From positions 1 through 33,353 of the forward strand of contig QNVF01000012.1 in assembly GCA_004347965.1 (NCBI GenBank): a DNA stretch of 33,353 nt. The letters run 5' to 3'. The notes under the pieces are model-generated. The model saw only the letters and a program-made list of their open reading frames with translations. It was not told where the DNA came from and ran no database searches. Positions 8,054-17,318 of the stretch are shown here, piece after piece. Origin of the DNA: Candidatus Nezhaarchaeota archaeon WYZ-LMO8. Its GTDB lineage: Archaea > Thermoproteota > Methanomethylicia > Nezhaarchaeales > WYZ-LMO8. Made by a program: the position numbers and the translations under genes. Each line of letters starts with the position of its first letter. The stretch's first letter is position 1.

Positions 8054-8702
8054 TGAAGGTACTCGAATAATACTGGTATCAGTATTTACAGCATCTCTAA
8101 TAGTAGCCAATATAACAGCATCGAAGATCATACAGCTTTGGTGGTTAACGTTTCCAGCCGGCACTTTAGCTTACTGCATCACATTTCTTTGTACAGACCT
8201 GTACACTGAGTTCTTTGGGAAACGTGAAACTGAACTTGTTGTTCTTGCAGGCTTCGTTGCCAACATCCTCATGGTTGTCTTAGTTCAAGCAGCCATAATG
8301 GCTCCCATAGCCCCCTTCCAAGAGGGTTATCAAGAGATTTATGCAAATGTCTTGGCTCCTACGTGGCGCATCGTACTAGCCAGTATGGTAGCTTACATAA
8401 TATCACAGAGCCATGACGTCTGGGCCTTTCACTTTTGGGGTAAACTGACTAGAGGCAAGCACTTATGGATACGTAACAACGCCTCAACGATGGTTAGCCA
8501 AGCCATAGACACGCTAATCTTCACGTTCATAGCATTTTGGGGTGCCATCGATTTAGTCAACATATTGAACATGATGGCTACTCTCTATGTAATTAAGTGG
8601 GTCATAGCCGCACTTGACACCCCCTTCTGCTACCTAGGTGTACATCTAATACGCAAGATCACCAACTTAAAGCCCATATGGCTCAGAGGAGATGAGGTTT
8701 GA
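8046..8702 (+). CDS. yhhQ: Queuosine/archaeosine precursor (preQ0/preQ1) transporter, YhhQ/VUT family
   Basis: ANITASK, FLCTDLYTEFFG, RIVLASMVAYIISQSHDV, LWIRNNASTMVSQAIDT and DTPF motifs. The track start at 7995 adds 17 non-family-like residues, so TTG at 8046 is the more likely start. Confidence 0.9.
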   Translation: MSGEGTRIILVSVFTASLIVANITASKIIQLWWLTFPAGTLAYCITFLCTDLYTEFFGKRETELVVLAGFVANILMVVLVQAAIMAPIAPFQEGYQEIYANVLAPTWRIVLASMVAYIISQSHDVWAFHFWGKLTRGKHLWIRNNASTMVSQAIDTLIFTFIAFWGAIDLVNILNMMATLYVIKWVIAALDTPFCYLGVHLIRKITNLKPIWLRGDEV

Positions 8703-9439
8703 GGAAAGCAGTATCAATAGTTAGTGGAGGGCCTGATAGCATAAGCTATGCAGCTACGTGGAAAACTAGAGGTTACGTGATTTACCCGATCATATTCGAT
8801 TACGGTCAAAAGGGGCGCAAAGAGATTGAGGTAGCAAAGAATATTAGCAAGATCTTAGGGTTCGAAGAGCCTCTTGTCCTAGACATCTCATCGATCAAGA
8901 ACATATGGTTTGGAACACAGCTTTTAGATGAACGAGTGAGCGTTGAGAAGGACTATAGCCCTACCGTGGTAGTACCTATGAGGAATGTGATCTTCATAGT
9001 CATCGCTTGTGCCTATGCCTTAACCATTGGAGCTGAGGTTGTGATTTATGGAGCCCACCTTGACGACGTTGCTGCTCGAATAGATACAGGTGAACCACTC
9101 TACCCTGATTGTCATCCAAACATCGCCCTAATACTTGAGGAAGTAGTGAAAATGGCTCACTTCCCAGTGGGAGCTAAGAAGCTGGAGGTATGGAGCCCAG
9201 CAAGAGAGGGGCTTACTAAAGCTCAGAACCTAAGGAAGGGCTATGAGCTTCTAGGAGACTTGATATATGAGAGTTGGAGCTGTTACCTTAGTGACTCAGT
9301 TCACTGTGGTGCTTGTGAGTCTTGCTTCAATAGGCATAAAGCCTTCGTTGAAGCAGGAATTCAAGATAAGACTAGTTACCGAGAGCATCCTAGAGTTCAT
9401 GAAAAGTGTTTTAACAAGAGTTGTGGTGTGGATTTCTAG
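8699..9439 (+). CDS. queC: 7-cyano-7-deazaguanine (preQ0) synthase
   Basis: PP-loop SGGPDS, FDYGQK, VVPMRN, YPDC and the Zn site SCY-x6-CGACESC; overlaps the yhhQ stop. Confidence 0.93.
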   Translation: MRKAVSIVSGGPDSISYAATWKTRGYVIYPIIFDYGQKGRKEIEVAKNISKILGFEEPLVLDISSIKNIWFGTQLLDERVSVEKDYSPTVVVPMRNVIFIVIACAYALTIGAEVVIYGAHLDDVAARIDTGEPLYPDCHPNIALILEEVVKMAHFPVGAKKLEVWSPAREGLTKAQNLRKGYELLGDLIYESWSCYLSDSVHCGACESCFNRHKAFVEAGIQDKTSYREHPRVHEKCFNKSCGVDF

Positions 9440-10599
9440 CCAACTTTCCTCTTAGCTTTCCTTCTTGTCCTCTCCCTCTCTTCTACAACCTCCTCACCAG
9501 CTACGATGCCTACGCCCATAAGTCTCTTAAATGCTGAGTCTAGAAACTTTATGTAAGAACCTCTTTGACCAACAAAGGCTCCGAACTCTTCCTTCACCTT
9601 CACCATCAAATTCGGTCCAGCAAAGTCAACGTCAGTTATGTGTTTGTGAATCCACGAAACTGGATGTATAGCTCTCACGATTTCCGTGAAGTTCAACGTT
9701 AGCTCTACAGCTCTTAGCTTAAGTTGAGCATCCTGCTCAATCTTGTTTATCCTCTCACCACCTTTACCTATCAATCTAGCTAAGTAGCCCTCCTTGACTA
9801 TTACGAGGGCGTCTGGTACATGCTCGGCGGTTATATCGAAAGCCCTCTTATCGTCCATTAAATCCAGGACAGTTATGACGTCAGCGTCTGGTGCATGTAT
9901 TTTGGCGGAGTCCACAACACTTCTTTCAACGCTGCTTAAAGCCCTCTTTCTCATCTTCATTTCGAGAAGGAGTTTTATGCCTCTTTTCGCTCCGGGTCTA
10001 ACTATGTCCTTTAACCCTAAGTCCACTACTTTAGCATTGTCCTCGCCTAATAGAACTTCTCTTAACGCTACTATCCCACTGGAACCCATGCCTAAGACGC
10101 TTTGTAAGACAGGATCCCCGGCAATTATGAGTTTGCTATTACGGCCAATCCTCATGAAGGCCTCTATAGCGCTTTCTGGCATTACTGCTTGAGCATCATC
10201 GACAAATATCACGGTTTCATCGAATGTCCTACCTCTTAAGTAGTGTGTGTCAGCGAAGAGAAGCTTACCATCTCTAATCAACTCCTCTACTTCTTGCCAC
10301 TCTATCAAGCCTGTAAAAATGTCTTTGAGGTAAGCTGAAGCTAAGTCATAGTAGAGCTCTCCAGCATCGATGGTTGTAACCTCTCTTCCAGTCACGACAT
10401 CTACAACAGGTCTAGCTATCACAAACCTCTTGTACTTTCCTCCCACAACACCATCAATACCATAAGAAGCACTCAACAAGCTCTTACCAGTGCCCGTAGG
10501 ACCGAAAACTCCGACTACTTCGTAGGTATCGTCTTTAAGTGCTTGAAGTAACTCCTCCTGCCCAGGACTCATGGGCTTTATCTTTTCCAAAAGACCCAT
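9436..10599 (-). CDS. PhoH-family ATPase fused to two KH-type RNA-binding domains
   Basis: GPTGTGKS, IARP, YLRGRTF, VDDAQ and IAGDPVLQ (PhoH); C-terminal LIGKGGERI and FVGQRGSYI GxxG loops. Confidence 0.85.
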   Translation of the reverse strand: MGLLEKIKPMSPGQEELLQALKDDTYEVVGVFGPTGTGKSLLSASYGIDGVVGGKYKRFVIARPVVDVVTGREVTTIDAGELYYDLASAYLKDIFTGLIEWQEVEELIRDGKLLFADTHYLRGRTFDETVIFVDDAQAVMPESAIEAFMRIGRNSKLIIAGDPVLQSVLGMGSSGIVALREVLLGEDNAKVVDLGLKDIVRPGAKRGIKLLLEMKMRKRALSSVERSVVDSAKIHAPDADVITVLDLMDDKRAFDITAEHVPDALVIVKEGYLARLIGKGGERINKIEQDAQLKLRAVELTLNFTEIVRAIHPVSWIHKHITDVDFAGPNLMVKVKEEFGAFVGQRGSYIKFLDSAFKRLMGVGIVAGEEVVEERERTRRKAKRKVG

Positions 10600-10730
10600 A
10601 GCTAAACCCCTAGCTGCTAGCCTTACTTACACAAGAACCGACGCTTAAACTTACGTTACAGTAAGTGAAGGTTAGGTCTAAGGAGCAAGGTTTAGGTAGC
10701 TGATACTAGTTAGGTATCTATCAAGGAGCT

Positions 10731-11369
10731 ATGCCGATTATTACAATAGAGGTATCTGAGGAGACTTATAAGAAGCTAAAAGAGGATGCGCTATCCAGAG
10801 GTCTAACTGTAGATTTTTACGTGGCTTCATTGATTGAGGATCTCGTCGCTAGAAGTAGACCTGTTACTTCATTAAGTAAACCGAAACAGATGACAAAGAA
10901 GGGTATTCCAGACGATTTTTACAAAGCATTTAAGAAGTGGTGGCGGTTGAGAGATGAAATTTCGTTTGAAGAGTTCGTGAAGCAAGCCGTTCAAGAAGGC
11001 TTCGATGAAGGGGATGTTTACGAGTGGTCTTACAAGCTGTGGGATAAGTTTGAGGGGAAAGAATTAGAGATTGCAACTAAGTTGAGTGAGATGGTCAAGA
11101 GCTCTAAGGTACTGTTCTTAAGCGAGCTCAAGCCGAAGAACCCTAAAGAGTACGTGAGGATAGCTAAAAGCGCTGGTGTTAAGGTCTTAGAGGGGGTTAA
11201 GGACGTTGTTTTAGTTGAGAGCGACTTCTATAAGACGTTTCTTGAGAAGTTGAAGAAGTTATCGAGAGAAGTTAAGGGGTTGAGGGGGGCTGAAGAGAAG
11301 CTCCTGAAGTTCATGCAAGAGAATGGATTGGTGTACCTAGACGTCAATGGCCATTGGAAGCTCTGTTAA
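10731..11369 (+). CDS. Hypothetical protein with N-terminal RHH/CopG-like DNA-binding domain
   Basis: ITIEVSEETYKKLKEDALSRGLTVDFYVASLI fits a beta-alpha-alpha RHH; GGAG RBS; C-terminus resembles a winged helix. Confidence 0.65.
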   Translation: MPIITIEVSEETYKKLKEDALSRGLTVDFYVASLIEDLVARSRPVTSLSKPKQMTKKGIPDDFYKAFKKWWRLRDEISFEEFVKQAVQEGFDEGDVYEWSYKLWDKFEGKELEIATKLSEMVKSSKVLFLSELKPKNPKEYVRIAKSAGVKVLEGVKDVVLVESDFYKTFLEKLKKLSREVKGLRGAEEKLLKFMQENGLVYLDVNGHWKLC

Positions 11370-11411
11370 CTCAAAGCTTTAATATTATCCTAGTAGGAAT
11401 TTCTATAGAAG

Positions 11412-12812
11412 ATGGTTAAGAAATTTAAGAAGTTCGTAAAGGTAGTCAAGGCAAAAACTCCTTGGCTAGAGCACGTGATCGAGGAGTTTGAAGATGCTTG
11501 CGACTTGAATCAAGTGGACTTAGTCATCAGGGCTCCACCAGGAAGCCTGTGCGTTTATTGTAAGGGCTCTAAGATGCTTTGTGGCAAGGCTCAGTGTCCA
11601 ATACTCGTAAAAATCTACAGCATAGCAAGAGTTAGCTCGATCATAAGTTCATTAAACATCGTTGGTTCATCACCCCCAGCAATATTCATTGGTCGTCATG
11701 GATATCCATACGTTCAAGCAGGCCCTCTAGTACCACCTTTCACAGGAGACACAAGTATCCTTGACACACCGGAGCTCTGGCTCAAAGCAAGCATTCAAGA
11801 TATAGTGGACTTCAGGGTGAAGCTGATACGTGGAAAAACTAGGTTCCATGTCAAAGACGCCAATGAGCCTCCTAGAATCTTAAGTGAAGTTCAATTAATG
11901 GCTATGGGGTCGAAGCCCGTCGACTCTGAAATGATCCTATTAAAGAAGCCTAGCGCAAGTATACTGCTTGACGATGAAGTTCAACCTATGGGGCCGTCAG
12001 CTCCAATAAAGGAGCTCAAGATAGGGAACGTCAGCTCCAATAAGCTCATCGAAAAGGCTATTAGCGATACAGATTTGAAGGCTAGAGACGCGATCCTCGA
12101 GCTTTACGAAGAAGGAGTCCCTGTATCACAAATCCAGAGAGTATTGAGTGCAGGCCTTCTTGGAGTTAAGGGTGTGAGGAAGCTTGTGCCTACAAGATGG
12201 AGTATAACCGCTGTAGACAGCACGATATCCAGGGTTTTGAGGGATGAGAAGGTTAAGGAAATGCCTGAGATAGATGAATATAGGGTCTACAGCCTTAACT
12301 TCATGGATAATAGATTCGTGATACTAATGTTTCCTGGGAAGTGGAGCTACGAATCCATAGAGGCTTGGTTCCCTGGAACCGCATGGAATCCCGGTGGGGA
12401 GTCCATAGCCTTCTGCGGTGATTGGGAGGGCTATTGGGGTAGAACAACTTACGCCAGCATGGGAGGATGCTACTACGCTGCAAGACTTGCTGTCACCGAG
12501 CATCTCGTTAAGATAGGTAAGCAAGCATCGGCTCTAGTACTTCGAGAGGCACATCCAGGCTACATAATGCCGGTTGGAGTCTGGATTGTTAGGGAGTGTG
12601 TCAGGAAGGCTCTTAATCAAGGGTATGAGAAGAGCAATGACTTAAAGGATGCCTTGAATATAGCCTTCAGCAAGTTATCGATAAGCTCAAGTATCTGGAT
12701 GCAGGTAAGCAAGCTCCTCAATCACTACGTTAAGCAAGAGAGGTTGACAAAGTTTATTGATCATAGATTGAAAACGACGCCTTCAAACTTTGATGAGAGT
12801 CTCAATAGGTAA
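11412..12812 (+). CDS. nreA: Nre family DNA repair protein (PCNA-interacting)
   Basis: CxxCKG-x3-CG-x3-CP, GSSPPAIFIG, LVPTRWSITAVD, GGCYYAARL and PVGVW motifs; PIP box QERLTKF at 12735-12755. Confidence 0.9.
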   Translation: MVKKFKKFVKVVKAKTPWLEHVIEEFEDACDLNQVDLVIRAPPGSLCVYCKGSKMLCGKAQCPILVKIYSIARVSSIISSLNIVGSSPPAIFIGRHGYPYVQAGPLVPPFTGDTSILDTPELWLKASIQDIVDFRVKLIRGKTRFHVKDANEPPRILSEVQLMAMGSKPVDSEMILLKKPSASILLDDEVQPMGPSAPIKELKIGNVSSNKLIEKAISDTDLKARDAILELYEEGVPVSQIQRVLSAGLLGVKGVRKLVPTRWSITAVDSTISRVLRDEKVKEMPEIDEYRVYSLNFMDNRFVILMFPGKWSYESIEAWFPGTAWNPGGESIAFCGDWEGYWGRTTYASMGGCYYAARLAVTEHLVKIGKQASALVLREAHPGYIMPVGVWIVRECVRKALNQGYEKSNDLKDALNIAFSKLSISSSIWMQVSKLLNHYVKQERLTKFIDHRLKTTPSNFDESLNR

Positions 12813-12868
12813 TGAATTTTGTAGCAACCCCTTTAAGCAACAGTGTGGAACTAATATTGTGAGTAAAG

Positions 12869-13291
12869 ATGTCCTATCGAGTTTCAGTAGTCAGTATCGA
12901 GAGGTGTATTGGCTGCTATAGCTGCATGTTTGCTTGCTCGCGATTTAGGTTTGGCGAGGTTAGCTTAGCTAAGAGCGCGATCCAGGTTAAGTCTGCTGGA
13001 GGCATAGAGAGGGGCTTCGTTATCGTGGTTTGTAGAGCCTGTGTAGATCCTCCCTGCGTTAAAAGCTGCCCAACTGGAGCCTTAACTCCCCGTCCAGGTG
13101 GAGGGGTAATATTTAATGAAGCTAAGTGCAACTCTTGCAAAAGCTGTTATGAGGCTTGCATAGTGAGAGCCGTTGTTTGGGATGAAGAGAAGGACAAGCC
13201 GATAATATGTAGATACTGTGGCTTTTGCACAAAGTTCTGCCCGCATAACGTGATAGTATTTGAGCCTATGGGGAGGGAACTATTGGTATGA
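12869..13291 (+). CDS. 4Fe-4S dicluster protein, small subunit of AOR/WOR
   Basis: Four Cys motifs (CIGCYSC..C, CRACVDPPCVKSCP, CNSCKSCYEAC, CRYCGFCTKFCP); 4-nt overlap with aor. Confidence 0.88.
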   Translation: MSYRVSVVSIERCIGCYSCMFACSRFRFGEVSLAKSAIQVKSAGGIERGFVIVVCRACVDPPCVKSCPTGALTPRPGGGVIFNEAKCNSCKSCYEACIVRAVVWDEEKDKPIICRYCGFCTKFCPHNVIVFEPMGRELLV

Positions 13292-15063
13292 TTAATTCAA
13301 GCTTGTATAATGTTTTGTACATAGACTTAACCGAGAGGAAGTATGAAGTTCAAGAGAGGAGAGACCTCTTTGAAAAGTACTTGGGAGGAGCGGGGGTTGC
13401 AGTAAAGCTTCTTGAAGAAGAATGTCCCAAGGGCGTTGATCCCTTCTCACCTGATAATCCAATAATACTTGCTGTAGGCCCCTTGACTGGACTTTATCCA
13501 CTAGCATCTAAGACTGTTGCTATGTTTAAGTCGCCTTTGACAGGAAATCTTGGCGAAAGCCATGCAGGCGGTAGATCAGCCGTAGCTATAAGGCTTGCAG
13601 GTTATGGAGCAATAGTCATTAAGGGTTCTTCGAGAACTCCGGTCTACATATCGATATTCAATGATCAGGTTAGGATAAAGGATGCTACCACTCTATGGGG
13701 CATGAGGTCTAGTTATGCTGTTGGTAGAGTGTTGAGAGAAATTGAGCCTGGTGCAGGTAAGAGAACCATAATGAGAATAGGGATTGCTGGAGAGAATCTT
13801 GTGAGATACGCTAACGTAGTGGTCGAAAGCTATAGGCACTTCGGTAGACTCGGGCTTGGAGCCGTCTTTGGAAGCAAGAAGCTAAAAGCAATAGTAATTG
13901 CCGGTACGAGAGGTGTAAAGGTCTATGACCTTAAGGCTTACATGAAGGTTTACGAGGAGATATTTAGAAGCATTACTGAAACAGGGGTCATGAGCAAGTA
14001 CCATGTGCTTGGAACAGCTGAAAATGTCTTACCCCTAAACGCGATGGGTGCTCTCCCAACAAGAAACCTCATGCAAACGAGATTTGAACTCGCTGAAAAC
14101 ATATCAGGTGAGACTTTAGCGGAGAAGTATTTGGTAAGGAAGATTGCGTGTACTCACTGCCCAATAGGATGTATACATTTGGCATCACTGAGGATAGCGT
14201 TTGCTCCAGGATATGAGTATGAGACCCTCGTAATACCCTACGACTACGAGCCGATATACTCCTTGGGGTCAATGCTGGGGATAGGATCAGCTGAGGGGCT
14301 GCTTAGGTTGATAGAGAAGGTTGAGGGACTGGGGCTTGATGCTATAAGTGTTGGAGTCGCAATGGCATGGGCGACTGAAGCTTATCAGAGAGGTCTAGTA
14401 ACTGACAAGGAGACTATGGGGCTAAGGCCTAACTGGGGTGAAGACGTTGAGGTCTACATAAGAATGGCAGAGAAGATAGCTAGGAGAGCTAATGAATTTT
14501 ATAGCGCTCTAGCCGATGGAGTTGAAGTCGCAGCATCAAAGTACGGGGGCTTGGACTTCGCATTAACGTGCGGAGGCAATGAAGTTCCTGGCTACCACAC
14601 TGGACCAGCTGCTATAGTGGGCTTTTTAACCGGTCCGAGACATTCTCACCTTGACAGTGCTGGCTACAGCATAGATCAAAAGGCTTTGAGGGGCCCGATG
14701 ATCGAGGAGGAAATGGTAAAGCAGATAGTTGAAGAAGAGAAGTTTCGAAATGTTCTAACAAGCCTCGTCATATGCTTATTTGCTAGAGGTGAGTATAAAC
14801 TAGAGAAAGTGGTTAGAGCACTTGAGCCATTAGGGATAAGGACGAGCCCTGAAGAGCTCATGAAACTTGGAGCCGAGATCCAGAGGGCAAAGGCTTCGTT
14901 TAAAGCAAGAGAGGGCTTTAATCCATATAATATGAGGATAGCTAAGAGGTTCCTTGAAACACCAACACCTCTTGGTAAGCTGAGTGAAGAGAGGTTAAGG
15001 GACATGATAAGGATGTACATCGAAATGGCAGGTTTAAAGAGCGTTTACGCGACATTAGATTGA
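13288..15063 (+). CDS. aor: Tungsten-dependent aldehyde:ferredoxin oxidoreductase family protein
   Basis: KSPLTG, GRLGLGAVFGSKKLKA, LPTRN, CTHCPIGC, EGLGLDAIS and SLVICLF motifs. Confidence 0.92.
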   Translation: MINSSLYNVLYIDLTERKYEVQERRDLFEKYLGGAGVAVKLLEEECPKGVDPFSPDNPIILAVGPLTGLYPLASKTVAMFKSPLTGNLGESHAGGRSAVAIRLAGYGAIVIKGSSRTPVYISIFNDQVRIKDATTLWGMRSSYAVGRVLREIEPGAGKRTIMRIGIAGENLVRYANVVVESYRHFGRLGLGAVFGSKKLKAIVIAGTRGVKVYDLKAYMKVYEEIFRSITETGVMSKYHVLGTAENVLPLNAMGALPTRNLMQTRFELAENISGETLAEKYLVRKIACTHCPIGCIHLASLRIAFAPGYEYETLVIPYDYEPIYSLGSMLGIGSAEGLLRLIEKVEGLGLDAISVGVAMAWATEAYQRGLVTDKETMGLRPNWGEDVEVYIRMAEKIARRANEFYSALADGVEVAASKYGGLDFALTCGGNEVPGYHTGPAAIVGFLTGPRHSHLDSAGYSIDQKALRGPMIEEEMVKQIVEEEKFRNVLTSLVICLFARGEYKLEKVVRALEPLGIRTSPEELMKLGAEIQRAKASFKAREGFNPYNMRIAKRFLETPTPLGKLSEERLRDMIRMYIEMAGLKSVYATLD

Positions 15064-15094
15064 CTTAGCTTTCCACGGTAGGTTTCCTTTCTAA

Positions 15095-16138
15095 CTAAAC
15101 CCTCAGCTTCTCAACTATTTTTCGAAGATCATCAGCGACTTTTTCAGGTGGTGTTGTATTGATATATGCATTAGTAGTAAGCTCAAAGCCGCCGAGTTTC
15201 GCTGTTCTCGGATAAACCTCTATGTGCCAGTGATAGCTTTCACCCTTCCACTGTAAGGGAGCTACGTGAAAACCTAGGTTGTATGGAGGGTCATTTAAAA
15301 CCTTCCTTAATGCTAGCAATGTTGTCTTAAGAACCCTAGATAAAGCCTTCCTCTCCTTCGGGTGAGTGTTTATGAATGATGGTTCGTGTCGCCTAGGTAT
15401 TATCCAGAACTCGTAGGGAAGTATGCTGGCCCAAGGAGCTATAACCACGTAATATTCATCAGCGTAAACTAGCCTTGGCGAACCAACTTCAAACTCTATC
15501 ATATCGCAGTACATGCATCCACCTCGATCCCTATTATATTTTTGTGCGGCCCTCACTTCTCTTCTCACTATTGGAGGGACTATCGGCAAAGCTATTACTT
15601 GACTATGTGGATGGGATATTGAGGCACCAGCTTCAAGCTTATAGTTTCTGAAGAGACACACATACTTCACATTCTTCTCATAGGATAGCTTAGTCATCAC
15701 GTCAAAGTAAGCTTCCACTACAAGCTCAAGATCCTTTACACTATTGTTATGTGGATGAGCATTGTGATCTGGAGATTCGACTATAACCTCGTGATAGCCG
15801 AATCCACTGTACGACGTGGTAGTAAAGAAGCCTTCATCAAACTTCTCTTCAAAAGGTAAATCGCTCTTAAGGGCCGGGAACATGTTTGGGAAGCATCTGA
15901 CAAGCCAGTTTCTAACCTTCTCATTTTCTCCATCAGCCAGCTTAACAAGCTTGCTTCCTACGCGAGAGTAGACAAGCCATGCGGGAGGAGTCATATGTTC
16001 ATTTCCTGGACAAAAAGGGCACTGACTTAATGGGCTCTTCCCCTCTCTAGGTCTCTTCATTCTACAAGAAGCTATAATCACCCAGCGATTAGTGGTCTCT
16101 TCATGTCTAATCTCCGGTTCTTCCAAGATGCTTTCCAT
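15095..16138 (-). CDS. galT: Galactose-1-phosphate uridylyltransferase family (GalT/HIT)
   Basis: CPFCPGNE, GYHEVIVESP, GASISHPHSQ and YHWHIE motifs; ATG at 16138 is preferred over the track TTG at 16174. Confidence 0.9.
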   Translation of the reverse strand: MESILEEPEIRHEETTNRWVIIASCRMKRPREGKSPLSQCPFCPGNEHMTPPAWLVYSRVGSKLVKLADGENEKVRNWLVRCFPNMFPALKSDLPFEEKFDEGFFTTTSYSGFGYHEVIVESPDHNAHPHNNSVKDLELVVEAYFDVMTKLSYEKNVKYVCLFRNYKLEAGASISHPHSQVIALPIVPPIVRREVRAAQKYNRDRGGCMYCDMIEFEVGSPRLVYADEYYVVIAPWASILPYEFWIIPRRHEPSFINTHPKERKALSRVLKTTLLALRKVLNDPPYNLGFHVAPLQWKGESYHWHIEVYPRTAKLGGFELTTNAYINTTPPEKVADDLRKIVEKLRV

Positions 16139-16384
16139 CCTCCTCCATACATAAACCTTTATAGTTAATACCAAAAAGCTCCTCTGCTCTTGCTTCTACA
16201 TCGAAAAGTAGCATCTCTCTTTCCTCTATATATTGAGCCTTCTTCAGTTTAAGTCTCAATTTCACCGTTCCCAAGCTTCACCAAAGTAAGTTTTACGATT
16301 CTCCTCTTAATAAATGCTCTAGACTTATTAGCAGGCTCTATGTTTATAGCTAAAGACTCTAGACTCTATAACCTGGTGGCTTGC

Positions 16385-16879
16385 ATGCTGATAGGGCTAA
16401 TATCAGATACCCACGACAACTTGCCGGCGATAGTTAAGGCTGTCAAGACCTTCAACTCCTATAAAGTAGGTCTTGTTCTCCATGCAGGTGATTACGTGGC
16501 TCCTTTCACGTTCAAAGCTTATTCAGAGCTTAGTTGTAAGCTTATAGGAGTTTACGGTAACGTCGATGGGGATAGAAGTCTCCTACGTGAAAGATTCTCA
16601 AGCCTAGGCTTTAAGGTGGAGAGTGAGTTCGAAGAAGTTGAAGTTGAGGGGATTAGAATAGCACTACTTCATGGAGTTCATTCACAAATAGTTGATGCAT
16701 TAGCTTTAAGTGGAAAGTACGACGTGGTGGTTCATGGCCACACGCACCTCAGGAGAAACCAGAGAATTGGAAAAACTCTGGTGGTGAACCCGGGTGAGAC
16801 TTGTGGATACCTTTATGAAATTAAGTCAATAGCATTGCTCGATACAGCAACACTTAAAGTAGAGTTCATAAACTTGTGA
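16385..16879 (+). CDS. YfcE/MJ0936-family metallophosphoesterase
   Basis: SDTHDN, HAGD, GNVD, LLHG, HGHTH and NPG motifs; ATG at 16385 follows GGTGG. Confidence 0.9.
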   Translation: MLIGLISDTHDNLPAIVKAVKTFNSYKVGLVLHAGDYVAPFTFKAYSELSCKLIGVYGNVDGDRSLLRERFSSLGFKVESEFEEVEVEGIRIALLHGVHSQIVDALALSGKYDVVVHGHTHLRRNQRIGKTLVVNPGETCGYLYEIKSIALLDTATLKVEFINL

Positions 16880-17289
16880 GTGATGGGGTGCAAGAGATGA
16901 GTAATGAGGACATATGGTTGCAGATGAAGAAGCTTGAACTTCAGCGAAAGCTCTTGGCTATGACGGCTAAGAGGGCTGAAGAGAAGGAACAGAAAGCTAA
17001 GCCTAAAGATCCCTATGAATTAATAAGACCTTTACTAGAAGATAGGGCTGATGAAGTCCTTGAAGCTGCTAAAGCTCAGTTTCCAAGAGTTGCAAATGCC
17101 GTCATTGCTGAGCTGGCAAAACTAGTAGAAGCTGGTGCGATAAAGAGAATTACAGGACCATGGCTTATGGACCTCTTTACGAGGCTAGGCTATAGACCTA
17201 AACTTGAAACGAAGATATCAGTAGTCTCTGATGGCAAGATCTTAGACATAAAAGATAAGATAGCCAAATCTCTTCGAGAGGAGGAGTAG
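16876..17289 (+). CDS. PDCD5-like double-stranded DNA-binding protein
   Basis: Charged N-terminal helix, then LEDRADEVLEAAKAQFPRVANAVIAELAKLVEAGAI, resembling the PDCD5/MTH1615 core. Confidence 0.6.
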   Translation: MSDGVQEMSNEDIWLQMKKLELQRKLLAMTAKRAEEKEQKAKPKDPYELIRPLLEDRADEVLEAAKAQFPRVANAVIAELAKLVEAGAIKRITGPWLMDLFTRLGYRPKLETKISVVSDGKILDIKDKIAKSLREEE

Positions 17290-17318
17290 AAGCTTCGTTA
17301 AGGAAGATCTCTGTAAAT

